A DNA stretch of 64,000 nucleotides from an uncultured Arcobacter sp. (GTDB lineage Bacteria > Campylobacterota > Campylobacteria > Campylobacterales > Arcobacteraceae), in the NCBI GenBank assembly GCA_965140705.1, contig OZ223300.1, positions 960,001-1,024,000 of the forward strand. Reading direction: 5' to 3'. This document shows positions 1-10,522 of the stretch, one piece after another. Each line of letters starts with the position of its first letter. The first letter of the stretch is position 1. A program made the translations under genes and the position numbers. Under the pieces are notes generated by a model that did no database searches, was not told the origin of the DNA, and was given only the letters and a program-made list of their open reading frames with translations.

Positions 1-100
1 CTTTCTTTTCTGAGTCATCAAAAAATATCATACTTTTGCCTATCATCATAAGTGTTGTTACTGTTCCAACTACTACATAAGCTACCCATGGTTCGTGCAT
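1..100 (-). CDS. Partial small membrane protein running off the left edge (MHEPWVAYVVVGTVTTLMMIGKSMIFFDDSEKK...)
   Basis: ATG at 100-98, open frame to window edge, one hydrophobic stretch; not in the ORF track. Confidence 0.45.
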   Translation of the reverse strand, partial: MHEPWVAYVVVGTVTTLMMIGKSMIFFDDSEKK

Positions 101-200
101 TTTAGACTCTTTTTTTTTGTTTTGATTATCCCATAATATTGATAAATAGGTACTTAGAAAAAACTTTTATAATTTTTGACGCAAAATGCAAAATTAGATG

Positions 201-206
201 TATAAT
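201..206 (+). promoter_or_regulatory. Sigma70 -10 box for the DUF2156-GNAT pair
   Basis: TATAAT 33 nt upstream of ATG 239, with an AAGGA SD in between. Confidence 0.5.
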
Positions 207-238
207 TTTGAAAATTTATATAAGGAAAAAGAAAAATT

Positions 239-1219
239 ATGTCAACTCTGACAGTAAGCAACTATACTTTAAAACACTTTGATTTAAAAGCAAAAGATGA
301 AATGACTAAGTATTTAAAACTAATAAATGTAGATGTTAGTGATTATACTTTTGCAGGTAACTATATTTGGTTATCAACAGCAACTGGATTTTATGCAATT
401 GTAAATGATACTTTTTGTTTGTTTATTTTAAGTTCTGGTGAATTATCTATGCTTTTACCTCCAATTGGGAAAAAAGATAACACTTATGATGCGATGTTAC
501 AATGCTTTGAAATAATGAATGCTCATAATAGTAATAGAAACTATTCAAAAATAGAGTATGTACATGAAGAATTATTGGAAGGGTTTGTTGATTATTTGGA
601 AGAGGGTACTTTAGTATATGAGATGCTAAAAGATTTTATTATAGAAAAAAAACTTGTGGATTATATTTATAGAGTTGAAGACTTAATTGAATTAAAAGGT
701 GATTCTTATAAATCAAAAAGGAATGAGATAAATAAATTTAAAAAGATTTATCCAGACCATAGAATAGAGATATTAGATAAAGAAAAACATGGTACGGAAG
801 TATTAAGTTTATTTAACAAATGGGTAAAAGATAGAACAACTTATATGCCAAAAGAAGAAGTAGAAGTTTTCATGGATGGTATATATTTTGAAAGATTTGC
901 TATAAAAAGATTGATAAATGATTATGATAACCTTGATATTATTGGACTTGTTATTTATATAAATGATGAAATAAAAGGTTTCACTGTAGGTGATCAAATA
1001 AATGAACAAACTGCAAGTGTGATTATTGAAAAAACAGATTTCGAAATACTTGGTTGTGCACAATTTATATTTAGAGAGTTCACAAAAATCTTAAAAGATA
1101 AATTTAATGTTGATTATATAAACGTAGGTGATGATATGGGATTTGAAAATTTAAAAAAAGTAAAAATGTCATACAGACCAAATAAGTTAGTACCAAAGTA
1201 TACTATTTACCAAAGATGA
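239..1219 (+). CDS. DUF2156-family protein (GNAT-fold, related to the aminoacyl-phosphatidylglycerol synthase catalytic domain)
   Basis: DYIY..DLIELKG..YKSKRN.IN.F, IEKTD and C-terminal YINVGDDMGFENLKKVKMSYRP motifs. Confidence 0.75.
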   Translation: MSTLTVSNYTLKHFDLKAKDEMTKYLKLINVDVSDYTFAGNYIWLSTATGFYAIVNDTFCLFILSSGELSMLLPPIGKKDNTYDAMLQCFEIMNAHNSNRNYSKIEYVHEELLEGFVDYLEEGTLVYEMLKDFIIEKKLVDYIYRVEDLIELKGDSYKSKRNEINKFKKIYPDHRIEILDKEKHGTEVLSLFNKWVKDRTTYMPKEEVEVFMDGIYFERFAIKRLINDYDNLDIIGLVIYINDEIKGFTVGDQINEQTASVIIEKTDFEILGCAQFIFREFTKILKDKFNVDYINVGDDMGFENLKKVKMSYRPNKLVPKYTIYQR

Positions 1220-1638
1220 AAATAGAAATTGCAAAAACTTCTGATATAAAAGAGCTTCTTTTTATAGAAGAAGAACTTTTTTTTGGAGATAGTGCTGCTT
1301 TAACTAAGGCAGCTTTTAACTATCATTTAAAAAGAAATATAGTTTATAAGTTAGTAATTGATGAAAAAACTGTGGCTTATATTTTATGGCTTAAAAGAAA
1401 AAATCATTATAGACTTTATTCCCTTGCTATTTTAAAAGATTTTCAAGGAAAAGGTTTAGGTAAGTTTTTATTGGAGTTTTCTTTAAATAATTTAGATAAA
1501 CATATTTTTGAACTTGAAGTGAGAGTTAGTAATTTACCAGCTATAAAATTATATGAAAAGTTTGGATTTGAAAAAGTAAAGATTTTAGAAAAATTTTATG
1601 ATGATGAAGATGGAATGAAGATGAGACTAAAGAGATAA
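1216..1638 (+). CDS. GNAT acetyltransferase, RimI-like
   Basis: QGKGLG acetyl-CoA motif, LEVRVSN.PAIKLYEKFGF; ATGA overlap with the upstream gene. Confidence 0.85.
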   Translation: MKIEIAKTSDIKELLFIEEELFFGDSAALTKAAFNYHLKRNIVYKLVIDEKTVAYILWLKRKNHYRLYSLAILKDFQGKGLGKFLLEFSLNNLDKHIFELEVRVSNLPAIKLYEKFGFEKVKILEKFYDDEDGMKMRLKR

Positions 1639-1649
1639 CTCTTTAGTCT
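1625..1649. terminator. Hairpin between convergent genes
   Basis: GACTAAAAGAG-ATAA-CTCTTTAGTC with one bulged base. Confidence 0.5.
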
Positions 1650-2099
1650 TTAAGCTCTACAGCTACCAAAAAGCTTGTTTATTTTTTCAACTCTACCTTC
1701 ATGTCTTCCACCTTGGAAAGTCGCCTTATCCCAAGCCTCAACAATAGCTTCTACCATTCCTAATCCTGAAACTCTTTCCCCTAGGCAAATTACATTCGCA
1801 TCATTGTGCTCCCTTGCCATTTGTGCAGAGTATTCATTGTGACAAAGGGCTGCTCTAATGCCATCAAATTTATTAGCAGCCATACTCATACCAATACCAG
1901 ATCCACAGATTAATATACCTTTTGAACCCTCATTTGCTAAAACTTCTTTACAAACTTTAGCTGCAAAATCAGGATAATCAACTCTATCTTTATTATCTGG
2001 TCCTAAGTCAATTACTTCATGACCTTTTGCTTCAAAAAGCTCTTTTACATATGCTTTTATATCAATACCTGCATGATCTGCACCAATAAAATATTTCAT
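1650..2099 (-). CDS. rpiB: Ribose-5-phosphate isomerase B
   Basis: GADHAG, VDYPD, ICGSGIGMS, AREHNDAN, GGRH motifs. Confidence 0.95.
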   Translation of the reverse strand: MKYFIGADHAGIDIKAYVKELFEAKGHEVIDLGPDNKDRVDYPDFAAKVCKEVLANEGSKGILICGSGIGMSMAANKFDGIRAALCHNEYSAQMAREHNDANVICLGERVSGLGMVEAIVEAWDKATFQGGRHEGRVEKINKLFGSCRA

Positions 2100-2884
2100 T
2101 AGTAAATTCCTTTTTCGTGATTGATTTTGAACTCTTTGCCTTCCATATCTTTTTCTATACTTCCAACTGTTCTAAAAACTCTATCCCATCTAACTTCTTT
2201 ATTTTTGTCCCAAGAAAAATAGATGAACCATGGAGTCCCTACTATATATTTATACTTAACTGTTCCCCAAAATCTTGAATCATTTGAGTGGTCTCTATTA
2301 TCACCCATCATAAAATATTGATTAGCTGGAACTTTTATTGGAGACATGTTAAATAGTTGTTGTGGATTAAGTCCATTATCTGTTACACTTGGGTCATTGT
2401 GAATACCAGGATGATCTTTTCTATATGGATTTTTTATCCAAAGTTTTCCATCAAATTCTGATATTTGTGTTATTGGGTAATTCTTCTTAACATATTCATT
2501 CCCTTCATGTGGATGTAGATATAATACTTTGTCTTGAAGCGCAACTATATCTCCACCAACTGCAACACATCTTTTTACATAATGAACTGTTTCTTCATTT
2601 GGATATCTAAATACAACAATATCTCCACGTTTTGGACCATCACCTGTGATTAAGTGCCCATTATCATGAAACTCTGGAAGTATTTTTACCTCTAACCAAG
2701 GAATTCTTGGTGTTGGGATACCATATGAAAATTTTTTTACAAAAAGCATATCACCAATAAGAAGTGTATTTTTCATACTACCACTTGGGATTACAAATGC
2801 TTGTGCAACAAAGAATATGATACATAAAACAATTACAATTGTACCAGTCCAAGAACTAGACCAGTTATATATTTTTTTTAACAT
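2099..2884 (-). CDS. lepB: Signal peptidase I
   Basis: IPSGSM catalytic Ser, YVKR Lys, GDNRDHSNDSR. Confidence 0.95.
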   Translation of the reverse strand: MLKKIYNWSSSWTGTIVIVLCIIFFVAQAFVIPSGSMKNTLLIGDMLFVKKFSYGIPTPRIPWLEVKILPEFHDNGHLITGDGPKRGDIVVFRYPNEETVHYVKRCVAVGGDIVALQDKVLYLHPHEGNEYVKKNYPITQISEFDGKLWIKNPYRKDHPGIHNDPSVTDNGLNPQQLFNMSPIKVPANQYFMMGDNRDHSNDSRFWGTVKYKYIVGTPWFIYFSWDKNKEVRWDRVFRTVGSIEKDMEGKEFKINHEKGIY

Positions 2885-3745
2885 TTATTTACTTTCTCTT
2901 TTATCTCTTAACTTTGCAGCTTTTAGAGTATTTTTTAATAACATACCAATAGTCATAGGTCCAACTCCACCAGGAACTGGTGTAATAAATGAGCATTTTT
3001 CTTTACAATCTTCAAAATCAGCATCACCTGTTAATTTACCAGTATCAAGTCTATTAATACCAACATCAATAACAACTGCACCATCTTTTATCATATCAGC
3101 TTTTAGTAAATGTGGAACACCAACAGCAATTATAACAATATCTGCTTCTTTTGTGTGAGCTTTTAAATCTTTTGTTCGTGAGTTACAAACAGTTACTGTA
3201 GCTTTTGCATTGATTAAAAGTGAAGCCATTGGTTTACCAACAATATCACTACTTCCAATTACTACTACATTTTTACCACTTAATTCTATATTATACTCTT
3301 CAAACATTCTCATAACACCAAAAGGAGTTGCAGGTAAAAATGAATCAAGATTTGAAACCATTCTTCCTACATTGTATGGGTGAAAACCATCCACATCTTT
3401 TAGGGGATTAATTGCTTCTAAAACAGTTGTTGTGTCAATATGTTTTGGAAGTGGTAATTGAACTAAGATACCATCAAGTTTTGGGTTATTGTTCATTTCA
3501 TCAATTAGAGTTAATAACTCTTCTTGTGTAGTTGATTCATCTTTTGTGTGAACTTCAGAATAAATACCTGCTGCTTCACATGATTTATGTTTACTATTTA
3601 CATAAGTTGCACTTGCTGGATCATTACCTACTAATACAACTGCAAGTCCTGGAGTGATTTGTTTATCTTTTACAAGTTGAGAAACTTCAACTTTAACTTC
3701 TTCTTTTATTTTTGCTGATAATGCTTTACCATCTAATATAACCAT
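2885..3745 (-). CDS. folD: Methylenetetrahydrofolate dehydrogenase/cyclohydrolase
   Basis: GILVQLPLP, KDVDGFH, TPVPGGVGPMT. Confidence 0.97.
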   Translation of the reverse strand: MVILDGKALSAKIKEEVKVEVSQLVKDKQITPGLAVVLVGNDPASATYVNSKHKSCEAAGIYSEVHTKDESTTQEELLTLIDEMNNNPKLDGILVQLPLPKHIDTTTVLEAINPLKDVDGFHPYNVGRMVSNLDSFLPATPFGVMRMFEEYNIELSGKNVVVIGSSDIVGKPMASLLINAKATVTVCNSRTKDLKAHTKEADIVIIAVGVPHLLKADMIKDGAVVIDVGINRLDTGKLTGDADFEDCKEKCSFITPVPGGVGPMTIGMLLKNTLKAAKLRDKRESK

Positions 3746-3815
3746 CTAGTTACCTTATAACTGTTTAATTTTAGCTTGATATAATACCCAAAAACTTTTT
3801 ATACAAAGGTTAAGT

Positions 3816-4178
3816 TTGAGATTAGTTAGTTTTGCGATTATCTTTTTATTTGTAAATATATGTTTTGCAAAGGATATTATAAATAACTCTTTTATCACAG
3901 AATATGAATATGGTGCAATGTTATATGCAAATCCTAGGGGAATAGGGTGTAATAAATGTCATGGAGATGGAGATAAAAGTCTTGTAATTGCAAGATATAA
4001 AGATAAAAAAAATAGAACAAAAACATTAATAGCACCTGCCATTAAAAATGTTCCTTTTGAAAAATATGTTGATGTTTTAACTACAAAAAGAGGTAGTTCA
4101 AATATCATGCCTTCGTACTTTTTAACTAATGATGAAATAAAATCAATTTATTTTTATGTGAGAAACTTAAAAAAATAG
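3816..4178 (+). CDS. Exported monoheme c-type cytochrome
   Basis: Signal peptide, CNKCH, distal IMP Met; TTG start. Confidence 0.8.
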   Translation: MRLVSFAIIFLFVNICFAKDIINNSFITEYEYGAMLYANPRGIGCNKCHGDGDKSLVIARYKDKKNRTKTLIAPAIKNVPFEKYVDVLTTKRGSSNIMPSYFLTNDEIKSIYFYVRNLKK

Positions 4179-4250
4179 CTTACAACTTAAAGAAAGTTTA
4201 AACAATACTTTTGTATAATCCCCAACTTTAAATTAAAATAAGGAATTAAA

Positions 4251-4787
4251 ATGTTAGAGGGTATCGTAAGAGATAGTATAACTAAGCAAAATGCTAAACA
4301 ACTTAAAAGAGATGGTTACATTTTAGCAAATATCTATGGAAAAGGTGTTGAAAATATCAATGCTGCATTTAAAAGAAATGATTTCGTTAGATTTTTAAAA
4401 AATAAAACAACAGTTGCATTTGATGTAAAAGTTGGTGATACAGTTTGTAAAGTGGTTGTAAAAGAGTACCAAAAAGCACCTATTACTTCTGAATTATTAC
4501 ATGTAGATTTAATGATGGCTTTACCAGGTGTTAGATCTAATTATTTAGTACCAGTAACTGTTTCTGGAACTCCAAAAGGTTTAAAAAACAAAGGTCTTTT
4601 TGTTTTCCATAAAAAAAGAGTTGCAGTAAAATGTACAATTGAAAACTTACCAGAAAATTTCCATATTGAAATTGCTGATTTAGATACTGGTGATAACGTT
4701 TTAGTAAGAAACTTAACTATGCCAGAAGGTGTAGATTGTTATTTAGACCCAAGAGTACCAATCGTTGGTGTAATTAAAGCTAAGTAG
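4251..4787 (+). CDS. rplY: 50S ribosomal protein L25/Ctc
   Basis: ANIYGKG, HVDL, two-domain L25/Ctc length, adjacent to pth. Confidence 0.92.
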   Translation: MLEGIVRDSITKQNAKQLKRDGYILANIYGKGVENINAAFKRNDFVRFLKNKTTVAFDVKVGDTVCKVVVKEYQKAPITSELLHVDLMMALPGVRSNYLVPVTVSGTPKGLKNKGLFVFHKKRVAVKCTIENLPENFHIEIADLDTGDNVLVRNLTMPEGVDCYLDPRVPIVGVIKAK

Positions 4788-4793
4788 TAAAAT

Positions 4794-5345
4794 ATGTTTT
4801 TAATAGTAGGACTTGGAAATCCAGGGACTAAATATGAAAACAATCGCCACAATGTAGGTTTTTTAGTTATTGATGAGATAGCTAAAAAACTTACAACTTC
4901 AAATATAAATAAATCAAACTTCAACGCAGATGTTTTAAAAGCATCAAATCAACTTTTAGTAAAACCAACAACTTATATGAATAATTCAGGATTAGCAGTT
5001 CATGCAATCAAAGAATATTATAAATTAAATCTTGAAGATATAATTGTTATACATGATGATTTGGATTTACCTTTTGGAACTGTAAAGTTCAAAATAGGTG
5101 GTGGTCATGGTGGTCATAATGGTTTGAGATCAATAGATGCTCATGTTGGAAATATGTATACTAGGGTTCGAATAGGTATTGGAAAACCTCAAAATAAAAA
5201 TGATGTTGCTAATTATGTATTATCGGACTTTTCAAAAGAAGAATTAAATAAATTAGAAGGTATAATCTCTCATACTATCAATGCTATAGAATCGTTAAAA
5301 GTAGATTCAATAGATGAAGTAAAATCTAAATTTACAATGAAATAA
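4794..5345 (+). CDS. pth: Peptidyl-tRNA hydrolase
   Basis: GLGNPG, RHNVGF, HDDLDL, GGHNGL. Confidence 0.97.
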   Translation: MFLIVGLGNPGTKYENNRHNVGFLVIDEIAKKLTTSNINKSNFNADVLKASNQLLVKPTTYMNNSGLAVHAIKEYYKLNLEDIIVIHDDLDLPFGTVKFKIGGGHGGHNGLRSIDAHVGNMYTRVRIGIGKPQNKNDVANYVLSDFSKEELNKLEGIISHTINAIESLKVDSIDEVKSKFTMK

Positions 5346-6416
5346 ATGAGAATAATAACAAAATATTTACTACGAAAATTTATTAGAAATTTTGTCATAG
5401 TTTTGATATCTTTACAAATATTTTTTGTGGGGATTGATTTCTTACAAAATTTTGATGAAGTTCCAAATTCTGCCAATTTACAACTATTATATATTTTATA
5501 TAATAGTTTTTTTACACTAACACTTACTTTACCTTTATCTCTAGTTTTTGGTTGGATTATAACTATTGTTATTATGGTTAAAACAAATGAAATGGTGGCT
5601 TCATTCTCTTTAGGTGTTGGAAATAGACAAATTTTTATGCCAGTCGTTAATGTATCAATTATTCTAATAGTTTTATTAATAGGCTTTCAAATGACTCCTT
5701 TAGCCTATTCATATGAGTATAAAGAAAAGATTTTAAAAAATACCTATTTTACAAGTTCGAAAAGTGATATATTTGTTAAATATAATGATTATTTTGTATA
5801 TTTTAAGAAGCTTTATCCTTTACAAAAATATGCTGAAGATATTCATATTTATAAAGTTGTAGATGATGATATAGAAGAGGGAATTGTTGCAAAGAAAGCA
5901 TATTTCCAAAATAATAGATGGTACATAATTGATGCAAGAATTACCAAAAAACCAAAAGTTATAAACTGGAATAATTCAAAAATAGAGATTCATCACGAAA
6001 AATTTCTATACACATTAGAAGGATTTAAACCTAAAATTTTAGATAGTGTTTATGAATCAACATCCTCTTTTTCAATTCTTGATGCGATTACTGCCTTGAC
6101 ACTTTTAAATAATCAAGAAGTTAACACAAGTAAAATAAGGGCATCTTTGTATTATGAAATAGTTGCACCTTTATATTTTGTACCATTGATAATTTTGATA
6201 TTCTCATATACTTCTTTTAACAGTAGATTTTTTAATATAGGTAAATTTACTTCATTTTCTATTGCAGCTACATTAGTAATTTGGGGAGTGTTCTTTATGC
6301 TTCATAAATTTTCATCAGGAGGAGTATTAAATCCTGAGATTTCAATATTATTGCCAATATTTTTATGGTATATTATTACGTACATTTTAATTAAGAAACA
6401 AATAGGTTATAAATAA
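5346..6416 (+). CDS. LptF/LptG-family LPS export permease
   Basis: 3+3 TM layout around a periplasmic domain, NEMVA..S.G motif. Confidence 0.8.
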   Translation: MRIITKYLLRKFIRNFVIVLISLQIFFVGIDFLQNFDEVPNSANLQLLYILYNSFFTLTLTLPLSLVFGWIITIVIMVKTNEMVASFSLGVGNRQIFMPVVNVSIILIVLLIGFQMTPLAYSYEYKEKILKNTYFTSSKSDIFVKYNDYFVYFKKLYPLQKYAEDIHIYKVVDDDIEEGIVAKKAYFQNNRWYIIDARITKKPKVINWNNSKIEIHHEKFLYTLEGFKPKILDSVYESTSSFSILDAITALTLLNNQEVNTSKIRASLYYEIVAPLYFVPLIILIFSYTSFNSRFFNIGKFTSFSIAATLVIWGVFFMLHKFSSGGVLNPEISILLPIFLWYIITYILIKKQIGYK

Positions 6417-6859
6417 TGGCAAAAAAATATGCTTATGGTATATGTTTATATAAAATAGAAGAAAATGATATTAAAATATTATTATGTAAGTCGGTTAAAA
6501 GCTTCAATAAGTGGGGTTGTTTAAAAGGTGTAAAAACAAGTAATGAGACAGCTTTAGAGTGTGCTAAAAGAGAATTTTATGAAGAGTGTAATATCAAAGT
6601 AGAAATTTCTGATTTTGAAAATTTCTTTGACCAGATTAATATTGAAAAGGATATTGGGATATGGTTAGTAAATGCTAATAAAATTCCAAATTTAGATGAG
6701 TATTTTTTTGAAGATAAACTTTTGGATAATAATTTATCTTGGGAAAACTCAAAGGTAAAATTCTTTTCTATTTATGATTTACCAAATATTAGAACAAAAC
6801 AAAGTAAGTTAATTTCAAAGATTATTGATTTTTTGCAAAGTAAGAATCAACTCCATTAG
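6416..6859 (+). CDS. NUDIX hydrolase
   Basis: Nudix box GVKTSNETALECAKREFYEE. Confidence 0.8.
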   Translation: MAKKYAYGICLYKIEENDIKILLCKSVKSFNKWGCLKGVKTSNETALECAKREFYEECNIKVEISDFENFFDQINIEKDIGIWLVNANKIPNLDEYFFEDKLLDNNLSWENSKVKFFSIYDLPNIRTKQSKLISKIIDFLQSKNQLH

Positions 6860-8174
6860 CAATACCTTTTGCTAAAGTTCTTTGATAAGAAGTTTGAAAT
6901 AATCTTCTACCTTCTGTACTATTTGTTATATATCCAAGTTCGATGAGAATTGAGGGCATTTGTGCTCCAACAAGAACCCAAAAAGGTCCTTCTCTAACTC
7001 CACCATCCTCTATATCTTTATACATCTTTCTTGCTGTATATAATAAGTTTTGTTGTACATCAATTCCTAGTTTTTGGCTTGAAGTAATTTTACTTTGGTT
7101 TAAAATAGTTAAAAGTGCATTTTGTGAGCTATTATTCATACTAGACATATCTGATTTATTCTCTATAGCTGCAATTCTTTTTGCTCTTGAACTTCTAGCT
7201 GGGCTTAGAAAGAAGGTCTCAATTCCCTTAGCTTTTTGCCATTGAGCTTTTGGTACTGCATTTGCATGAATAGATATAAATATATCAGCATTTTTTCTAT
7301 TTGCAAATTTTGTTCTATCTCTTAATTCTATAAATTTATCTTTATTTCTTGTTAAATAAACTGCATAGCCTCTTTTTTTTAAATCATAGTATAAATATTT
7401 TCCTACCGATAAAACAGCATTTTTTTCATATCTTTTTTTTACTCCTATTGCACCTGAGTCTTTTCCCCCATGTCCTGGATCAATAACTATAATTTTATCT
7501 TTATTATTTTGTATTATTGGAAGAGCTTTTGTATTAGTAGTTTTTTCTACTTTTCTATTTAGAACTTTTATAATAACTCTTTTTTTATTTATAATATATA
7601 TTGCTTTTAAATTGAAACTATTTATAAGTTCTATTCTTAGTGTTCTATATTTGTATTGGGTGATTCTAATTCTATCAACACCATTCATTACTAATTTTGT
7701 GGGAGAGGCATCTTTAAATCTTCCATCAAAATCAAAAATATCATAATATTTGGCACCTCTTTTTTCTTCTGTATAATGAATGTAGTCTTTTTTAATATAG
7801 TGTTTAAAGTCAATAATAATTTGATTATCTTCTACAGTTACTTTACTTATATTATATGCAGAGTTTTTATATGTAGTTGTTTTTTTTTCAGGAGTAGTGC
7901 TTTTTTTTGCAACTTTTTTTGTTGTACTCTTTTTAGGTGTAGTTTTTACTGAAGCTAATTTAATTAGTTCTTTTTCATATGTGCTAACATTTCTATTTAA
8001 TTTTTTACCTATTTTAACTAGGTTTTCTAAATGTTGCTTCTCACTTTTTTTGTCATTATTTAAGACAGCTCTTAAATAATCCATTTTATTTGAAGTGTAT
8101 TGATTTGTTAAATCACTTGTTGAAGCAAAAAGATTATAAGTAAGTAAGACTAGAAGAATAAATTTAATAAAAAT
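6822..8174 (-). CDS. amiA: N-acetylmuramoyl-L-alanine amidase (Amidase_3); probable ATT start at 8174 rather than ATG 8084
   Basis: IDPGHGGKDSGA, FISIHANA, ILIELGY; frame open 30 codons upstream, encoding a signal peptide behind an AAGGAG SD. Confidence 0.9.
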   Translation of the reverse strand: MFIKFILLVLLTYNLFASTSDLTNQYTSNKMDYLRAVLNNDKKSEKQHLENLVKIGKKLNRNVSTYEKELIKLASVKTTPKKSTTKKVAKKSTTPEKKTTTYKNSAYNISKVTVEDNQIIIDFKHYIKKDYIHYTEEKRGAKYYDIFDFDGRFKDASPTKLVMNGVDRIRITQYKYRTLRIELINSFNLKAIYIINKKRVIIKVLNRKVEKTTNTKALPIIQNNKDKIIVIDPGHGGKDSGAIGVKKRYEKNAVLSVGKYLYYDLKKRGYAVYLTRNKDKFIELRDRTKFANRKNADIFISIHANAVPKAQWQKAKGIETFFLSPARSSRAKRIAAIENKSDMSSMNNSSQNALLTILNQSKITSSQKLGIDVQQNLLYTARKMYKDIEDGGVREGPFWVLVGAQMPSILIELGYITNSTEGRRLFQTSYQRTLAKGIANGVDSYFAKNQ

Positions 8175-8175
8175 T

Positions 8176-9252
8176 TTATTCTCCTTTTGTCAATTTTTCC
8201 ATAAGTTCATGAACTGTTGTCAACTCTTTAATTCTATATCCATTTGAACCTGAAAAAAACAATCCAGTATCAGTATCTCCTTGGTAAGCAGCTCCAAGTC
8301 TGTCTGCAATACAATATCCAACAGCTTTAGCTTCTACCCCTCTATGACATGGAGCAACACAATTTGAAATACAAACAACCTTTGGAGCTGTTCCCTCACT
8401 CATAGATTTTTGTAAGTTAGTTTGAACTCCACGTGCAGGAAGACCAACTGGTGATTTCATAAGCTGTATATCTTCAGATTTTGCATTAATGATAACTTCT
8501 TTAAAAGAATCAGCAGCATCACACTCTACAGTTCCTATAAATCTAGTTGCCATTTGAACACCTGCACAACCCATAGCAATGAATTTATCTATATCATTTT
8601 TATCCCAAATTCCACCTGCTGCAATAATAGGAGGATTTCCCCAGTTCTTTGCCTCTTCAATAACTGGTGGCACGATATTCTCTAATTTATATTCTTCTTG
8701 AAAACATTGTTCATAAGTAAAACCTTGATGTCCACCACTTAATGGTCCTTCAACAATTACAGCATCAGGAAGTTTATCGTATCTTTTCCATTTTTTACAA
8801 ATAAGCTTTAATGCTCTTGCACTTGATACAATTGGTATTAGTGCTACATCTGGATAGTTTTTTGTAAATGCAGGCATATTTGTAGGAATTCCTGCACCTG
8901 TAATAATAATATTTATTCCTGCCTCACAAGCATCTTCTACTATTCGTCCATAGTCATTACATGCATATAAAATATTACAAGCCAAGGGTGCATCACCACA
9001 GATTTTTCTTGCATTATCAATTATTCTTTTTAAAGCATCTTTGCTGTAAAAATTCATAACATCAACAGGTTTGTCTTTTTTCATTTTTATATCAAGGCTT
9101 TCATTTTCTTTGTAATATCCTGTTCCCACACCTGATATTACACCCAAGCCGCCTTCTTTACTTACTGTTCCTGCTAATTTATCCCAGCTTATTCCAACAC
9201 CCATTCCACCTTGAATAATGTTGTGTTTAATTTCGTATTTACCTATTTTCAA
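8176..9252 (-). CDS. fabX: Nitronate-monooxygenase-family flavoprotein; probable FabX acyl-ACP dehydrogenase/isomerase
   Basis: IIQGGMG, VEGPLSGGHQG, C-terminal CISNCVAPC..C Fe-S motif; position between tyrS and amiA. Confidence 0.75.
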   Translation of the reverse strand: MKIGKYEIKHNIIQGGMGVGISWDKLAGTVSKEGGLGVISGVGTGYYKENESLDIKMKKDKPVDVMNFYSKDALKRIIDNARKICGDAPLACNILYACNDYGRIVEDACEAGINIIITGAGIPTNMPAFTKNYPDVALIPIVSSARALKLICKKWKRYDKLPDAVIVEGPLSGGHQGFTYEQCFQEEYKLENIVPPVIEEAKNWGNPPIIAAGGIWDKNDIDKFIAMGCAGVQMATRFIGTVECDAADSFKEVIINAKSEDIQLMKSPVGLPARGVQTNLQKSMSEGTAPKVVCISNCVAPCHRGVEAKAVGYCIADRLGAAYQGDTDTGLFFSGSNGYRIKELTTVHELMEKLTKGE

Positions 9253-9261
9253 ATTAGCCCT

Positions 9262-10470
9262 TTATATTATTACTATCTTAGCGAAACTTTTTTTACCCTT
9301 TTGTAAAATGTATTCACCTTTTGATAAATTTAATTTATCATCATCAATTTTTTCTTGATTAACTTTAACAGCACCTGCTTTTATATCTCTTCTTGCTTGT
9401 GATGTTGAAGTAACTAAATTAGTATCAACTAATGCTTGACAAATCCAGGTATTAACTTCAAGTTTAAACTCTGGAATATCAGTTGGGATATCTTTTTTGG
9501 CAAAAACTTTTTTAAATTCATCTTGAGCTTTTAATCCTGCCCCTTTTCCATGATATCTATCAACAATTTCTACTGCCAATGAATCTTTTACATTTTTTGG
9601 ATGAATTGTACCATTTTCTACACCATCTTTTAACTCTTTTATCTCTTTTAATGATTTAGATGAAAGAAGTTCAAAATATCTCCACATAAGTTCATCTGAT
9701 ATAGATAATACTTTTCCAAACATATTATTAGCTTCATCCGTTACACCAATATAATTATTTAAGGATTTTGACATTTTTTGAACTCCGTCAAGTCCTTCTA
9801 AAATTGGCATCATTAATACTGCTTGTTGTTTTCCAATATTGTAGGCTTTTTGTAAAGTTCTACCCATAAGAAGGTTGAACTTTTGGTCAGTTCCCCCAAC
9901 TTCAATATCTGATTTTAAGTGAACTGAATCATAACCTTGAAGTAGGGGATATGTGAACTCGCTTACTGCAATTGGAGTATTTGATGCATATCTTTTTGCA
10001 AAATCATCTCTTTCTAACATTCTTGCTACTGTTAAATTTGAAGCAAGTGCAATTAATCCAGCAGCACCTAAATCATTTAACCAGTTTGAATTAAAAACTA
10101 CTTCTGTTTTACTTTCATCTAATATTTTAAAAACTTGGTCTTTATAACTTTGAGCATTTTGTAAAACTTGTTCTTTTGATAGTACTTTTCTTGTTTCACT
10201 TTTACCAGTAGGATCTCCAATACTTGCTGTGAAATCACCTATTAAAAATTGAACAATTCCTCCAAATTTTTGGAAAATTGATAATTTTTGAAGAAGAACT
10301 GTATGTCCAAGGTGTAAATCAGGAGCTGTTGGATCAAATCCTGCTTTTACATAAAAATTTTCACCTTTTTCATAATAGTTTCTTAATAGTTTTTCAATTG
10401 ACTCTATATCAATTATTTCAAAGCTACCTCTTTGAATTTCTGCTAATGCTTCTTTTATCTTATTTTCCAT
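9262..10470 (-). CDS. tyrS: Tyrosine-tRNA ligase
   Basis: [27 protein letters not shown]-terminal S4 domain. Confidence 0.97.
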   Translation of the reverse strand: MENKIKEALAEIQRGSFEIIDIESIEKLLRNYYEKGENFYVKAGFDPTAPDLHLGHTVLLQKLSIFQKFGGIVQFLIGDFTASIGDPTGKSETRKVLSKEQVLQNAQSYKDQVFKILDESKTEVVFNSNWLNDLGAAGLIALASNLTVARMLERDDFAKRYASNTPIAVSEFTYPLLQGYDSVHLKSDIEVGGTDQKFNLLMGRTLQKAYNIGKQQAVLMMPILEGLDGVQKMSKSLNNYIGVTDEANNMFGKVLSISDELMWRYFELLSSKSLKEIKELKDGVENGTIHPKNVKDSLAVEIVDRYHGKGAGLKAQDEFKKVFAKKDIPTDIPEFKLEVNTWICQALVDTNLVTSTSQARRDIKAGAVKVNQEKIDDDKLNLSKGEYILQKGKKSFAKIVII

Positions 10471-10522
10471 AATACCTCTTTAAATAATCGCTTATTATAC
10501 TTTTTATTTATTAAATAAAAAT

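Noticed and set aside
110..119. Homopolymer runs as phase-variation tracts
   Set aside because: A/T runs are expected at this base composition, and no long G/C tract was seen in any gene
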